Source: Chrysomallon squamiferum (Eukaryota; Animalia; Mollusca). From it: a stretch of DNA of 64,000 bases. The stretch is from positions 34,968,001-35,032,000 of the forward strand of contig CM022671.1 in NCBI GenBank assembly GCA_012295275.1, written 5' to 3'. Position 1 is the stretch's first letter. The number at the start of each line of letters is the position of its first letter. The notes beneath the pieces were generated by a model that saw nothing but the letters and a program-made list of their open reading frames with translations, had not been told where the DNA came from and ran no database searches. Positions 40,036 through 54,600 of the stretch are shown here, piece by piece. A program made the position numbers and the translations under genes.

Positions 40036-43000
40036 ATGAATAAAGCAATACACTTGATACCTGCTAGATGTGGCAGGCTTTTATTACCAGACGCAGGTTT
40101 TCACTGCACAGTACGTGGACGATGTCTGTCAGTGTTTTCAACAGCCAGTTCAAAAACTACAACAACATTGGGCACAAAATTCCAATATTTATCAAACCTG
40201 AGGATGTTTCATTCTAGAGACACTGTTTTGAACAGAAATTTGTCAAGTTTCAGTACCAGTTCAAAAAGTAATAGTTTTCTTGTGGAAAGACCTCACAGTT
40301 TCAGGAATCAGATATTCGTTCACACACAAGCCATGCATAAGCCGAATAAAGAGCAGTCACCTTTGACGTCAGGAATTTCAGTGAAACGTCCAGCTCGGAA
40401 AAAGAGCCAAGATGGCAAAGAGGAACCGGTAAATTGATAACTAGAATCTTTTTTGTCAGTAATTATTATTATTAACTGTTTTAATTGTTAAATAAATTTA
40501 CCTTCATTCCAAAGACATCTGCATTTTTATGATATGGTTCTAATAATTTTTGGATGTGATATGTAACCAGTTTTATCAAAACTTGAATCAGTATTTGTAC
40601 CTGTTTCTATTTGATTTAGAAGTCTACATTTTTTTTGTCTATAAGTTTATTTATTTCCAGATTACTATTATTGTTATGTGTTTGTGTTTGTACATGTTTA
40701 TAAAAATATGTGCGCACATGTGTGTCTGTGTGTGTTTATATGTATTTAATTTAATTTATATAAGTGACTCTGTCAATTGTTAATTCTAGAATTCAGTATA
40801 GTTGTTACGTCATTACTGTACTCAAAAGTGATGAATCTTGGTTAGTGTGTTAAAATAATTTAGTCTTAATTGAAATTGCCATGGGACATGTGAGACTTGT
40901 TAGTAATTGTTCAAATGACCTTTGTCTTAGTGATAAAGCACTTACCAGAAGAACAGTGTGGTTTTACAGATACGTCGTCCTTACTGCAAAATATCCTTTG
41001 TATTATTATTTGTGTCTGTATAACTTAGTTGTAATAGTGTGATAGTGTGTGTGTGTTTCTGTTTGTGTTTATGTGTAATATTTCAAAATGATAATAACTG
41101 AAATTTAAATTTGTAAAAATTAGGAATATATTTTCAGTTAAAAAAAATCATTTCTTTTTCTTCTTCTTTTTTTTTTTTATTTCTTTTTTTTTTTCGTATT
41201 TAATAGTTTTCAGAATCCTGGATTATGCTAATAGAAGGTATCAGAATTCACTCATTCTTATAAATACAAATTAGGTGTGACTTTTTTTATTTTCATTTGT
41301 TTTTATTTTATTTTATTTTTTTTAATTAAAATTAATTTATTTTTCCCAGTTTATGTTCTATTTTTTCTTTCTTTCTTAAATTCATAACATTATTATTTGT
41401 ATACTTTATATTTATCTGATAATTAAATAATGTGTTAATTATTAAAGTTGAAAACAAATGGGTGAATTAATTACATAATATTTTAAGTAAATAATTTTCT
41501 GAAATTTTTTAATCTTATTAAATTAATGAAACAAACAAAAAACAAAAATTTGAATAAAATATTCTAAAAGTGATATATCAATAATAATAAAAAAATTTTT
41601 TTTAAATTTTGCAGAAGAGTTCATAATATGAATATGATTTGTTTTTAATTAAAAAATGTAATTTCAAATTTTAACATTCTATTTTTAACTTATCATTATA
41701 ACACTGTATTTACACAATAATAATAAGTTATTTTATAACATTAACAAAATTATGTAATTTACAATATAAACAACTCAACATACGAGATATAATAAATTAC
41801 ACAGCTTAATAAGATGTATTTCTAATCTTAATAACAAAGTTTAACTACAAAAGAATATAAATTAAAAATATCTCGATGCCATTATCTTTCTTTAATCATG
41901 ATTTCAATATTATCATTGCACTATTATGACTATAGTTTCTTCTTGTGTTGTCAGAAATAAAATCAGTGGTCATTCTATATACATCCATAATTTTATTGTC
42001 ATACTTTGTTGTGAATGATGATAGGTTGTTTGAAACAATGAAATAGTAACTTGAAAGTATGAATAATTTTATTAGACCTTTTATTAGTACAGGTATATTT
42101 TAATTGGAGCTGAAATTAAATTTCTGTTTCTTTTTTGTTTTTGTTTTTTTAATTTTTCTAAATGTTTTCCCCTCACCAGGATGATGTGCTGAGTGTGACA
42201 GCCTACGCAGTTGCTGAAGAAATCTATCTCGGAGATTTCCAGAAAGCAATAGAAGACCAGGGACTGTATGTTCTACAGGAACTCCCAGTAGGTCAGTTCT
42301 TAAACTGAGTCCACACAAACACAGAGTATTTTCAGATTGTTAATTATCATCATCATCATCATCATTGATATTTATATATATGAACACACACACACATACA
42401 CACACACACACGAATATCATTCTGTCAGTGATGAATAGAGCTTTTCCCCACCCATTCTGGGAAAGTTGTTACAAATGTACTAAGACTCCTCTGAATATTT
42501 TATCAGAAGCTGCCAGTAAGAAAAAAATTAGTATATTCCATTTGTGATATAAACTTACATCACAGATAGATTAATGGTTTATAAGTATTATTACCCATGT
42601 CACTCAGTACCATTATTCTGTAGTTATCATTTACATTCACCTTCCTACAGGCAGGTTATCCAGTACAATGACTTTTGTCGCTAAATGAAATGCAAAATAG
42701 ACCATTAAGTAATACTGAACATTTTATATGAAGAAAAATATCAAATGCAAAAATAAAGAGAAATAATTGAATTTAAAAAATATTGAAATACTTTTTTTAT
42801 TTTTATATATCACGATCAGTGTCTGTCCTCCAGTATGACTGTTAGTGATTCTGTAATTGGTATTCATGAATTGACTGTTTCTGTTACAGATGTGACAGAT
42901 GCTCTGTTTGTACGAGCTAAATACAAAGTTGCTGAGCAGCCACGAGAGATCTTCTTTTTCAGGTAAGCTGGTATATTTTACACTTCTGTGTTAGATAAAC

Positions 43001-46000
43001 TATCAAAAGAAGAAAGGAAAATCACAGCTTCCACACTACACCGTGTTATATTATTGTCATACTTCATTTTCAGCAAAGATTTGGTGTACAAAGCAATCAT
43101 TTGGAAATACACCAAGTATATTTATTCTTTAAGTTAGCTAAAAGTCTTGTTAGTTTTTATTATAAGAAGAGCAAACTGTAGTTTGAAATAATTTGTAATG
43201 ATAATAATAATGACAATGGCTTTTTTGCATTTCAGAGAGGGTTCTGCAATTTTCTGGAATGTACCAGATGTTGAGGTAAGTTGTATTATAACCAGACATT
43301 GACAAAGATAATACTGGTAATATAATCAGCATTTAATTTCTTAACATTTTCAACACTGGCATTACACTAGCTCCAAACTGACCTAATTTTCTAATCTTTC
43401 CAATAACCAGTTTTTCATATTTTTGGCATCAGACATCTGGTGTGCAATTCAGTCATATCAGTGTTATATATCCAATTTAATTCCTGAAAAAACTATATAG
43501 AATTACAAATTTATAATTAACCAGTATTTTGTTTTCTAAAGTTGTTTGAAGTAACTAAAGTTCTTTACAAGTGACATTTTTATTTTTGTTAGTATGTGTT
43601 TTAATATTTATACAAAGTAAAATATTTGTATTAAAATGTAAATAATTTATATTAAAATTAGTGTGTGTGAGTGTGTTTGTGTGTGTATGTTGAGTGGCGT
43701 TTAAATGCATGTGTGTTTCATGTACAAAGAGTGGGGTAAAGTTATTTGTTTTTATTATTTATTTTAGAGAAGAGAAGTTATAAAATTTATTCAGAAAAAC
43801 TGCACTGGTCCATACAACATGAGCCATGTTATTCAAGAATATGAACACATGTATCACAAATATGTCAGGTAAGTGTACAAACAGATTTACACTTAGTGAA
43901 GTAACCTGAGAAGCAGTAGGTCTCATGTTCAGTCCCATTCTCTCCTGCTTACTACACTGATAGTGCAGTAAGTTATTGATAAATAAGCTTTTGTTTCTTC
44001 AGAATATATCTGGGGTTTTCTCTTCTTTTTTTATTTTTATTATGATATTTCTATTTTTTTAATTTTTGTTAGGTGTTCACTAGTTTTTGACTGATAAATT
44101 GAGTGGACACATTAATTTTATGTGGCAAACTAAAGCAGAAGTTTTGGGGTTTTTTTTCCTTCAGTATGTTGTAGAATTGTAAAACAGTTCACAAGCTCTT
44201 ATAATGTAGTTAACTTTTCTTCATATTATACAACTTTTATTGAGTTAAAAACATTAACATTTAGTAAGATTTTATTTTTTTATTTTTTTATACATATTTT
44301 TTGTATTTTGATATATATTTTTTAATCAATTTGATTTTTATGTTCTTTTTCAAATGTTTTTAATTTTTATTTTTCAGTTCAGAGACCACATTATCTGGTG
44401 ACACAATTCTGCTATGTGAAGGTGACCAGGAACAGATAACTCTAGAAAAATATGCTTTTTCCAATGCATTGTCTCAGTCAGGTGACTTTTGGTTTAATAT
44501 TCTGGATTAATAACTATTGGTGTAAAATGTAAAATTATCCAATTTTTATGATGGCTCTGTTCAACATTAATGTAACTGTTTCATCTTCTGGATTTGAACA
44601 TTTATGAAAAGCATATATCATAAATTACTAAACTAAAAAGATATCGTTGAAAATCTTTTATTAATAGCTAATAAATTTAAGTGTGAATTAAAAAAATGTT
44701 GCTGTTAGGATTTACTAAAGTATTCCCATTTTCAGTAATCCTGAAAAAAAGAAATTTATGTTACTAAGAGAAACAATTGTTTTTGTTACATAATTAAAAA
44801 CAACAGGAATGTCTGCACTGAAAAAAATTAATGATAATTATTATTTGAATGTAAAACTGAAACATCACTGGTTGAGAGTAATGATTTAGCTGTTTTGCAA
44901 AAATCAAAGCCTAAATGATAAAACAGAAATATCAGTTTTGCTTGTACCTGCCATAAACTTCAGTAAGTACGTCCCTAAAGTGGTGATACTTTTATTTCTT
45001 TTATTTTTTTTGTATAATGTCCAAGAATAATACATTCATTTTTATTCTGTAGTCAAACTGGCTATGTGGGAAGGATCTCTAGAAAAAATTGCTGATTTGT
45101 TGGAACCTGTTACTCAGGTACATTAATTTCTGATTCATTTAAATAGTTTTGTTTTTATTATTTATTTATTTCACTCATAAATTTGTTTAATTTTATGTTA
45201 ACAACTTTATAAACATTCATTTGTTCTGATAATTAAAAAAAAAAAAAATTATTAAGTGTTTCATAACATTTTACTTTGACATATAAAAATTCATGATCAG
45301 AAGTATAAAATTTAAATTCAGGAACTTCGTGATGGTTTGAAAATTCGTATGAGTCGAAGGGATGTATTACAGATACAAGGCGAACTTTTTTCTCTGAGGT
45401 AGAAATATTTAGTTTATAAAATTTATTTCTTTAGTTTTGTGTTCAAATATAATATTTATTTTTTATTATTATTATTATTATTATATTTTTTTTTTACACA
45501 TGTATTTATGTTTTTATTATTATTAATTTTTTTAATAATAAATAATGATTTGTTTACATTAAAATTTTTTTTTTTTTTTATAAATCCATCTTTTACTTAA
45601 CTAAATTCATTTTTAAAAATATATTGCCCAGAGAACATAAATTCAATTAGTTCATACACTTTGTGTTTATTTGTTATTTCTTACACAGACATTCCATCAA
45701 TCTGAGCTCTGATCTGCTTGACACACCTGACTTCTACTGGGACCGAGCTGTGCTTGAACTGCAGTTCCAGCGTGCTTGTACCCATCTGAACATACAGAGA
45801 AGGACGAAGGTCAGTTCTGTGTCCTGTCAAATAATGTCGAGATCTAAATCTTTATCACGTAAATAATTATCTATTTACTTCTGATTACCCTGTCTGGCCA
45901 GCAATCGATGATCCCAGAATTTAGAGGTGTTTGTTGTGTGCAAGTGGAAAGATATGTAAGAAAAATTTCTTCCAGCTGATGGAAAGATTTGTCAGTATAA

Positions 46001-47120
46001 TTCAAAAGGGTCATAGAATAAAATGAACTGTAATATGTCTGTGTGAGTTTTATGCTTGCATGCATATGTGCATGTTTTCCTCGAATTTTTGAGCTGTTTT
46101 ATTTATTATTAATATTCTGTATTTAATTTTTTAGTTTATTATTATTTATTTTATTATACCTTTTTTTAATTTATTTTATTTTTGAATTATTTTATTATTC
46201 TTTAATTTATTATTATTTAATTATTTTAATTTATTATTATTTTTTTAATTTATATTATTTTTTTATTGTCATCATTTATCATTATCATTATTGTTTAATA
46301 GCTGTTGTTTGTTGTTTGACCAGGTGATGAATGAGAAACTGAGTCACTGCTGTGAACTGGCTGAACTGCTGAGCAGTCAGCTGACTGACGTCCACCACAC
46401 CCGCCTGGAGTGGATGATCATCATACTCATCCTGGTGGAGGTACGTTGTTTAATAAATACGAGGACTGGGTCTGTTTTAAATACTTTTTAAAATTCCACT
46501 TTTTATAATTTTTTTGTCTCACAGCTGTCATATAAGTGTACGGGTTAAGAAAACCTAGTTCAGTTGTTTTAATCTTGTTTACCTGATAACACTTTTCACC
46601 CAGAATTTTATAGTTTCCTACAGTTTACAGTTTGATAAGCTTAAACAGCTGCTAAATCCTTCCCAGCTTTATAACTTTTTAAAAACAACACCCCCCCATT
46701 GTGAATATCTTTTTTTACCAATTATCCTTAGGTTGTAATCTTCTAAGATTATTTCTTATATTTATGAGGAAAAAAAAAAAATTTTGTCCCAAATTATTTG
46801 AAGATAGTTCCTTTTCGAAAGTCTTACAAGACAGTTTCTTTTATTTTACAAAAGTCAGAACTATAATTAATTATTCGTTTATAATTTCTTCACATTTTTA
46901 GCTTTTAAATTCTTTTCACAAAGTATTTTTTTAAGAAATATACAGAACTTAAACATGCAACAGCTGGTGAAAGAAAATGTGATGAATAATGTTAAATGTG
47001 TAATAAATATTAAAGTTGTGTTCTCCATCTGTGTAGGTGATGTTTGAGGTGGCTCATTATGCTGAACGATACTACCTGGCACATTCACATGACATGTTTG
47101 TGGAAGATGAGGAGAACTAG
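40036..47120 (+). CDS. RMND1: Required for meiotic nuclear division protein 1 homolog (mitochondrial, DUF155), 428 aa
   Basis: Exons 40036-40428, 42180-42291, 42890-42962, 43236-43275, 43768-43868, 44378-44481, 45053-45117, 45322-45398, 45689-45809, 46324-46440, 47037-47120, phase-consistent. Arg/Ser-rich presequence-like N-terminus; motifs [66 protein letters not shown]. Confidence 0.93.
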
Positions 47121-49393
47121 CAGCTGTCAGTCAATGTTACTGGGAGGAGCTACATATCTGTCAGTCATGTCTGAACACTAAATTAATGATTGTCATGTGT
47201 GGGTGCTTAATATTTTTGTCTGGTAGACAGTGGATATAAAAGTCGCTGGTTGATTGTCTTTTTGGACTAAGCAACAAATGCTGGAACTGTTGTCAGAATG
47301 TCCATTAAATTAAGAAAGCATAATTGAGTGTCTTTAAATTCTTTTAATTTTATGCTTAAAAACTAGATATTTAGAATATTTTTTATCAGTAGTCACAAGA
47401 GACTTGTACTAATAGGATTTGATAAATATTTTTGTGTTTTATTCTATATTCTGGAAATAAATTATTATGAATGTTTTCTTTTTCTTTTTCTTTTCTTTTT
47501 AAAAAAATATATTTTTTCTTCTGAATTTTCATTCAAGCTATTCCAAAAATGTGTGACATATAAATTGTTTTTACTAAATTATAATCTTGAAATATTTGTT
47601 TTCAATTTGGACTACACATAAAAGATTATAGTAGTTTTAATAGTTAATTTGGAAAGTTTCAGAAAACAGGAGAATATAGGTTGTATGTAAAATGTTTTAC
47701 ACTTTCAGACAATGTGAAAATCTGATTCAGTTCCACTATCTCAAAACATATAAATTGATAATTTCCACTGTTTGGGAATGAAATGAAATATAAATCTAAG
47801 CAATGGACCATTTAGTGTGCTAAATTCAATGAAGTAATTCTCTGCAGTTACTAAGATGATCACAAACCCATACAGATTTGTCTTATATCCAACCCCAGTA
47901 AGTTACGTATCAAATTGAAGCTATTTAAAAGAAGAAATTTAATGTTTTACCACTCACATTCACAGCATGATAAAAAACTGAACACAGATATCTCATTAAT
48001 AATTTATGCACTTTGGTCTTGTTCACATGTAAACACATCTGCATGATCATTTATTAAAAAAAAAAAAAAAAAAATTATAAGCCATTAATTTGAGCGTACA
48101 AACTATGATTAATAAAAATAATGATTATTATATTAAAACATTACTAAATAAAAACTTGCTAAAAGATGAAGTCTCAAAATGTCTGCAAGTTGATTTATCA
48201 TATCCCTGTTGTTAATGTAAGAAGAAAACAACATTATATATAAAAAAAAAAAAAAAAAATTATATTGCCATATTAAGACTACAACAGTTGATACGTACCT
48301 ATGTGTACAATATCGTATTTTTGGAACATTATTAATTCTGAATCAAGCTTGAACACCCTCTAATCTGAAAGATTGAAAATAAATATAAATAATGTTCAAA
48401 AATACAATGTTAATTTTGGCAGTAATAAATAGAATTTCTGTCTTGGCTAAGGCCTTAAAATGACCTTAAATTTTGTTGCTGAAAATCCACTGAAGAAGAA
48501 TTTTCAAATACAAAACCCTGTCATTTGTTTAGTACAATTTTCAAAAATGTGACATAGTCATTTGTTCAGACATTTAATGCAAAATAAAAAAGTCACCAGC
48601 AATTAGTACATGACGGATGTTTTTGATAGATGCATGAGTCACAAAATAATTAATTATTTTCTTTTTTTGGTGGAAGGTTTTGTTGTTTTTTATCTCATGT
48701 TATATCTGCCTATGGAGTGCTCTTTTGGTGTTAAAAAAATGACAACGTTCCATAATCATAAAACAGTGTAACTTCACAGATGTAACAGATGGTAACCACC
48801 CTCCATAAAGCATCTAAATCCAGCCCTGGACATGGAAAATGAGACATACATGTTACACATAATGAGATCTTGTGATACAGACAGGAGGATGACTGTAAGA
48901 TTTATCATCACTGGCAGACATTTTATAAATGAATTATGATACTCATAGAAACTAATTTTTTTGTTTTATCTTTAAAAATAACAGGAATGTTCTGTACATA
49001 TTCAAATTAAAAAAAAATAATAATAATAATTTGTGTATATAAAACAGATATCACTGGGTGACTTATGATTCACATTTTGCAAAAATCAACAACTGAAACC
49101 GTAACATATTGTTCAAACTATGCACCTTGTTCCACAAATTAGCTGCTGTTTTTGATACGTTTACTTTTATTTATTATACAAGTAACATAAATATACAATA
49201 CCACTTGAAAAACCATTTAATGTAAGATGTAGGGTTGTTTAACCCTTTCTATATTTTGCTTGTTTGGTTGCACTGGATGGTACATAAATTGTTAAACTGA
49301 ATTTATTTCTAACATCATTGTATTCTGCATTCTGATCAGCTTATTTTAGCTTCATCCAGCAAATGAAAATGCTGTTATATTAGTGGATGATTT

Positions 49394-49440
<47 letters not shown>

Positions 49441-50102
49441 CAATGATCTGGGATAAAGAAAGATCTGCAATAATCCATCCAACAATATTAACAGAGTTAA
49501 ATATGAAATTACAGTCAGATTTTATTCATTGCACGTGTACTAAACAAAACAACATCGACATAATAAAATTAATTTGCTCCAGTGATATATGACATTTTTG
49601 ATTAAATGAAATAAAAACATAAAATATTACATTTTCTGTTTTCATCCAGCTTCAACAATGAGTCAGCACAAAAGAAAGTCAAAGCTAAAAATATTGCAGT
49701 ATCAGTTCTAGATTTACAGCCAGGGTTTATTTATACATGGAGATATACAGTACTATAACAGAATTGAAAGAAAATGGGTGATCACAAATGAACCGACATT
49801 TAAATTTATTCGTAACACATGAAAACAAATTTCTTCCCCTTTCTCTCTCTGAAATAAATAGATAATATAATTTTATAAAAAAAAAAAAAAAATTAATTTG
49901 TGCACTAATAAAATTAATTATGCATAGATAGTGTTTACATTTCTTTCAATTGCAACTGACAGAGACATATAGTCCTAGGTTAATTGTGTGTGGATATAGG
50001 TGAATATAGCAAGTGTACATTTCTGTTTTTTTTTTCAATTAACAATTCCCTACAAAAAATTATCTTGGAACTATGATAAACAACAATATTTATTTTGGAA
50101 AG

Positions 50103-50151
<49 letters not shown>

Positions 50152-51653
50152 TTTTTTTTAAGTAAAAATTTTATCTTGGAAATTATCCTGAAATAATATT
50201 TCTTTTTAACATTTTCTTTTTAGAAAACCCTTAATCTACTTCTTTTAATTATATTTGTCTTTAAATATTTATTGTTTCATTTTAATAAAAACAACAAAGA
50301 ATGAATGAAAAATTCATTTTAATTGTTTGATCAACAACATTATCTTAATTGCAAATTATTATTAATAGTTTTTTTTTTTTTCTATGTTGTAACTGATAAC
50401 ATTTTCCATTATGAAAATACTGTTTACATTTGAATTGTAAAGATTCAAAAATGTATACATATTTTTATTAAAACAATAATTAACCATAAAATACTTAATA
50501 ATTTTTTTTTTAAATTCATAAAAAAAAAAAAAAAAAAAAAACAAATCACTAATAAAAATAGAACTTTATTTTATAGGTATTAGATGTATGACTTTCAGGT
50601 GCTTCATAACAATGTAATTTTCATATATCCTTTACATAAACATAATACAAGAGGAACAAAAATAATTAAAAAAATATATATACTGTCATTTTCTGCAGCC
50701 ATGAAAACTGGACCCCAAGACAGAGTATATGTACAATAGATTGTTGTTTCATTTTCATAAAAAACACACAATAATTTATAATTTACTATCCTGCTCAGGT
50801 AATAAATATATATGTATGATATATATATATTTTTTATATTAATATTATAAACTTTGATTTATGAGTCCTTTGAACTTCATCTATGAATGAAAAGATATAT
50901 ATTTCATTAAAAAAATATATATATATCATAAATGATGTAAAACTATAAAATGAACAGAATTTATGTCCCAGACTATTTAAACACGCACAATCAATCCAAC
51001 ACAGCTTAGCCAGGTGTTGTACCCGTAAACCACACCATTAACAGAATGCTATGAGTAAGTCTTCAAAATGATAACATTAACAAATTTAACATTAAATATC
51101 CTGTTAAAAATACCATGTAACACATTTTGTGAATAATAAAAACAATTATTTTCATAACATTGTAGGTTTAGAATTATTTTAAAATTCTTGGTACACAACA
51201 TTGTTCCTAACTGACATGGCAGTTTACTAAATTTCACAAAAATATTTTAAAATTATACTTTTTAAAACCCACTAAGTGTGTGTAAATGGGAGGATATTAG
51301 TAATAATAGCACTAACGATGATTTTAACTGATTATATATCTATTTTTATCCATTCATATTCATATAACATCACTGCTATTCAGAAGAAGAAAAATCAACA
51401 TTAAAAACAGTCTGACTGGATTTAACATAGCTTTGGTAGGATAACAAATGCAGAAAAAAAAAAAAATTATACAAAATTTACATATATTAAATATATAATT
51501 TATGATATACATTTTCAAGGGGTAAAAAAGTCAAAAAAACAATGTCACTTGTACAGGATCAAACATTTAAATTTGATCACTGACAGTGCATTCAGTAATG
51601 TCTACATATATAAACTGGTTAATATATTTTAAAACTATAAACGTCAGATGTTT

Positions 51654-54600
51654 TCAGCTCCAAACATCACAGGAGTAGCGACCCTTGACCTGCAGCTTTT
51701 TGACGTAATCTGCTGCTTTGGCGCTGTCCATGTTGCCATGTTCCACGATGATCTCCACCAGCAGAGCATGTACGTCACGAGCCATGTTCTTAGCATCACT
51801 GAAAACATTCAAATATTACAGTTTATCATTTACACATGAGTACACTCAAAAACACGTACATAAACACACGCACAATCACACACAAACACACACACAAGCC
51901 ATAACATAGATATAAACAGACATCATTTTTTTAAAATTTGCATACATTCACCTACGTGCACACACACACACACACACATACACACATACAAATTAATGTC
52001 CACTTTGAAAATAAACAAACTATATATAAATATATATATTATAAAATAATACTCTACAAATGAAATGCTACTCACCCACAGATATAAATATTATATTATG
52101 TTACATATTATAAACAATTATCACATTACTGTGACTTCTGAATGAGTCACTACTTACCCACATACATATATATGACCGCCATTTTCCAACAAATCCCATA
52201 TTTCCTGTTTGTTCTGTTTCATAAGATTCTGGACATAAACTTTTTGTGTCTGATCACGAGAAAATGCTGTGTAAAGTTTGGACAGACTTCCCTTAGAAAG
52301 ATACTCCTCGAGTTCATCCTCGTAGAGAAAGTCTACATTTTTATGTCTGCAGCCAAAATACAAGATTGTGGTGCCCAGCGGTTTGCCTGAAAATAACAGT
52401 TAAAACATCCATTTTTCACCCACACACATCTGTATTATTTCTGACAATGTATTATTTGTTGTTATTCTAAATAACTAAATATTTTTTAACAAATTTCAAA
52501 TCTTATTTCTTGAGAATAAATTAGAATTAATTAAGAAAAGAAACTTAGAAAAATAAACACATTTATGTATATGCATGTGTGTCTGTGTCAGTGTGTGAAT
52601 GCGTGTGAGTGCATGTACACGTGAGCATATTTGCATGCATGCAGGAGTGTACAGACATTAAAAAAAAAAACCTGAAAAAAAACAACATGTTTATGTCAGT
52701 TAAATTAAAATTCAGAAACATGTTATATGTCATCTGGTGCTTTGTGTTCTATCTGAATTAAGATTTTCTCTATTTTAACAGAAACTATGTACAGTGCTGT
52801 AAATGCAACGAACCTTCTTTCAGAGCCACATCTCTCTCTTGAATGAAGCCTCTGAACGGAGCCAAGCCGGTGCCTGGTCCAATCATAACGACTGGGGTGC
52901 TCGCCTTGAACGGCAGCCTGAACTGAGACTTCCTCACAAAGATTGGAACTGTTGGCTTCTCGTCGTTTGTGAGGTCTTTGTTCTTCAGATAGTTTGTCGC
53001 TACACCTTTAGTGAGTCTACCAGTCTTAGTGGTGTACTCAATCAGAACTGCTGTTATGTGTATACTGTTTGGATAAACCTGAATTTAATCATAATGATAA
53101 TTAACAACAACAACAACAACAATAGTAATAATAATGGTAATAGTAATAATAATATCATTAATAATAATAATACATCTGTTATAATCACAATAATAATAGG
53201 AGACATAATTGTAATGATAATAATGTGTATCTAGAATTAAAATGGAAAAAATGGAAAGAATTTTTCAGGGGAATAATTTACCTTTGGTGATGAAGAAATG
53301 GAGTAGTATCTGCACTGTAACCGTGGCAACAGCTCACATAAATGGTCAAGAGATGGGTTTAGTGAAGGTAGGTCCTCCAAAATGGCCAAGATATTTCTGT
53401 GACACCTCACAACCCATTCTAAATATAAATTCTTAAAAAGAAAAACACAGAAAAACAAATAAGTGATTGAAGTAATAATTAAATAATAATAAATAACTGA
53501 AGAAAATAAGGAAATAATTAAAAGAATATAAATAAATAATAAAAAGTAATTAAAAGAACATAAATCAATTATTAAAGAAAAATTAAAAGGCTATAAATAA
53601 ATATTAAGAACTGTAAAAAAATAAAAAATAAAAGAATATAAATAATAAAAATTAATATAAATACATTTTTCAAAAAACAATAGCATATCTAATAATATAT
53701 TATACTCCAAGATTAACTATGGTTATTATGTCTATAACAGTAAATACAGAGATCATTTAGTTAATTAAGTCATTGGAAAAAACAGTTGCCACAAAACGTG
53801 GTACATCACTAACAAATGATTTTTTTTTTTTAAAGAAATGGATAAAGAGTAGATGATCACCTTTCCTTCTTCTTTTGAAGATGTCATCAAGAGAAGAAAT
53901 TCCTTGTCTTTCTGATCCGAAGTGTACTCGGAGAGTTCTCTGAGGATGTGTGTGCGAGGTGGGCTGGTGATGTCCAGGTAGTGGGTGAGTGCAGTACGGT
54001 AACTGCACGGGTTAGGAAACGGATGTTTCTTACTTGCCTCCTCTGTGAAATAAATAACACACGTAATAGTTACATTATCTATCTATCTATCTGTCTATCT
54101 CCATCTCTCTCTCCCTCCCTCCATCCCTCCCCCTCTCTTTCTCTCTCTTTCTCCATCCCTTTCTCTCTCTCTCTCTGTGTGTATAGATATATAAATACAT
54201 ACATGTGTGTATATGTGTGTGTGAGAACTTTTTCTCATTTAATCTTAATCACTCTCTCATACACTATTTTGTTTCTCTCTCTCTGTCATTTACTCTTTTT
54301 TTCTATCACTCAATTGTTTTTTTTTCTCTCTCCCTTTCTCTCTTTTTTTCTATGTGTGTATGTGTGTGTTACTCCATTTCATTTACTCTCTCTCTCTCAA
54401 TCCCACTTTCTGTCTCTTTTTTAAAATTATTTTGAATTTTATGTCAATGAGGAAGGTTAGCGTTAGGGGGGTTTGATGGACTTTTATGTTTGTTTCTTTA
54501 CTAATAAATTTACAAGCATATATGAAGAAATGATTATCACTTTTAAAATAAACCAAAACTAGTATATACACATATCACTTACATTTTTATAAATCATCCG

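Noticed and set aside
42428-42494. Possible C/D snoRNA (GTGATGA...CTGA) in an RMND1 intron
   Set aside because: No terminal stem or recognisable rRNA guide; such boxes occur by chance.
52803-53234. 143-aa plus-strand ORF
   Set aside because: Antisense to a POR exon and runs into an AAT repeat.
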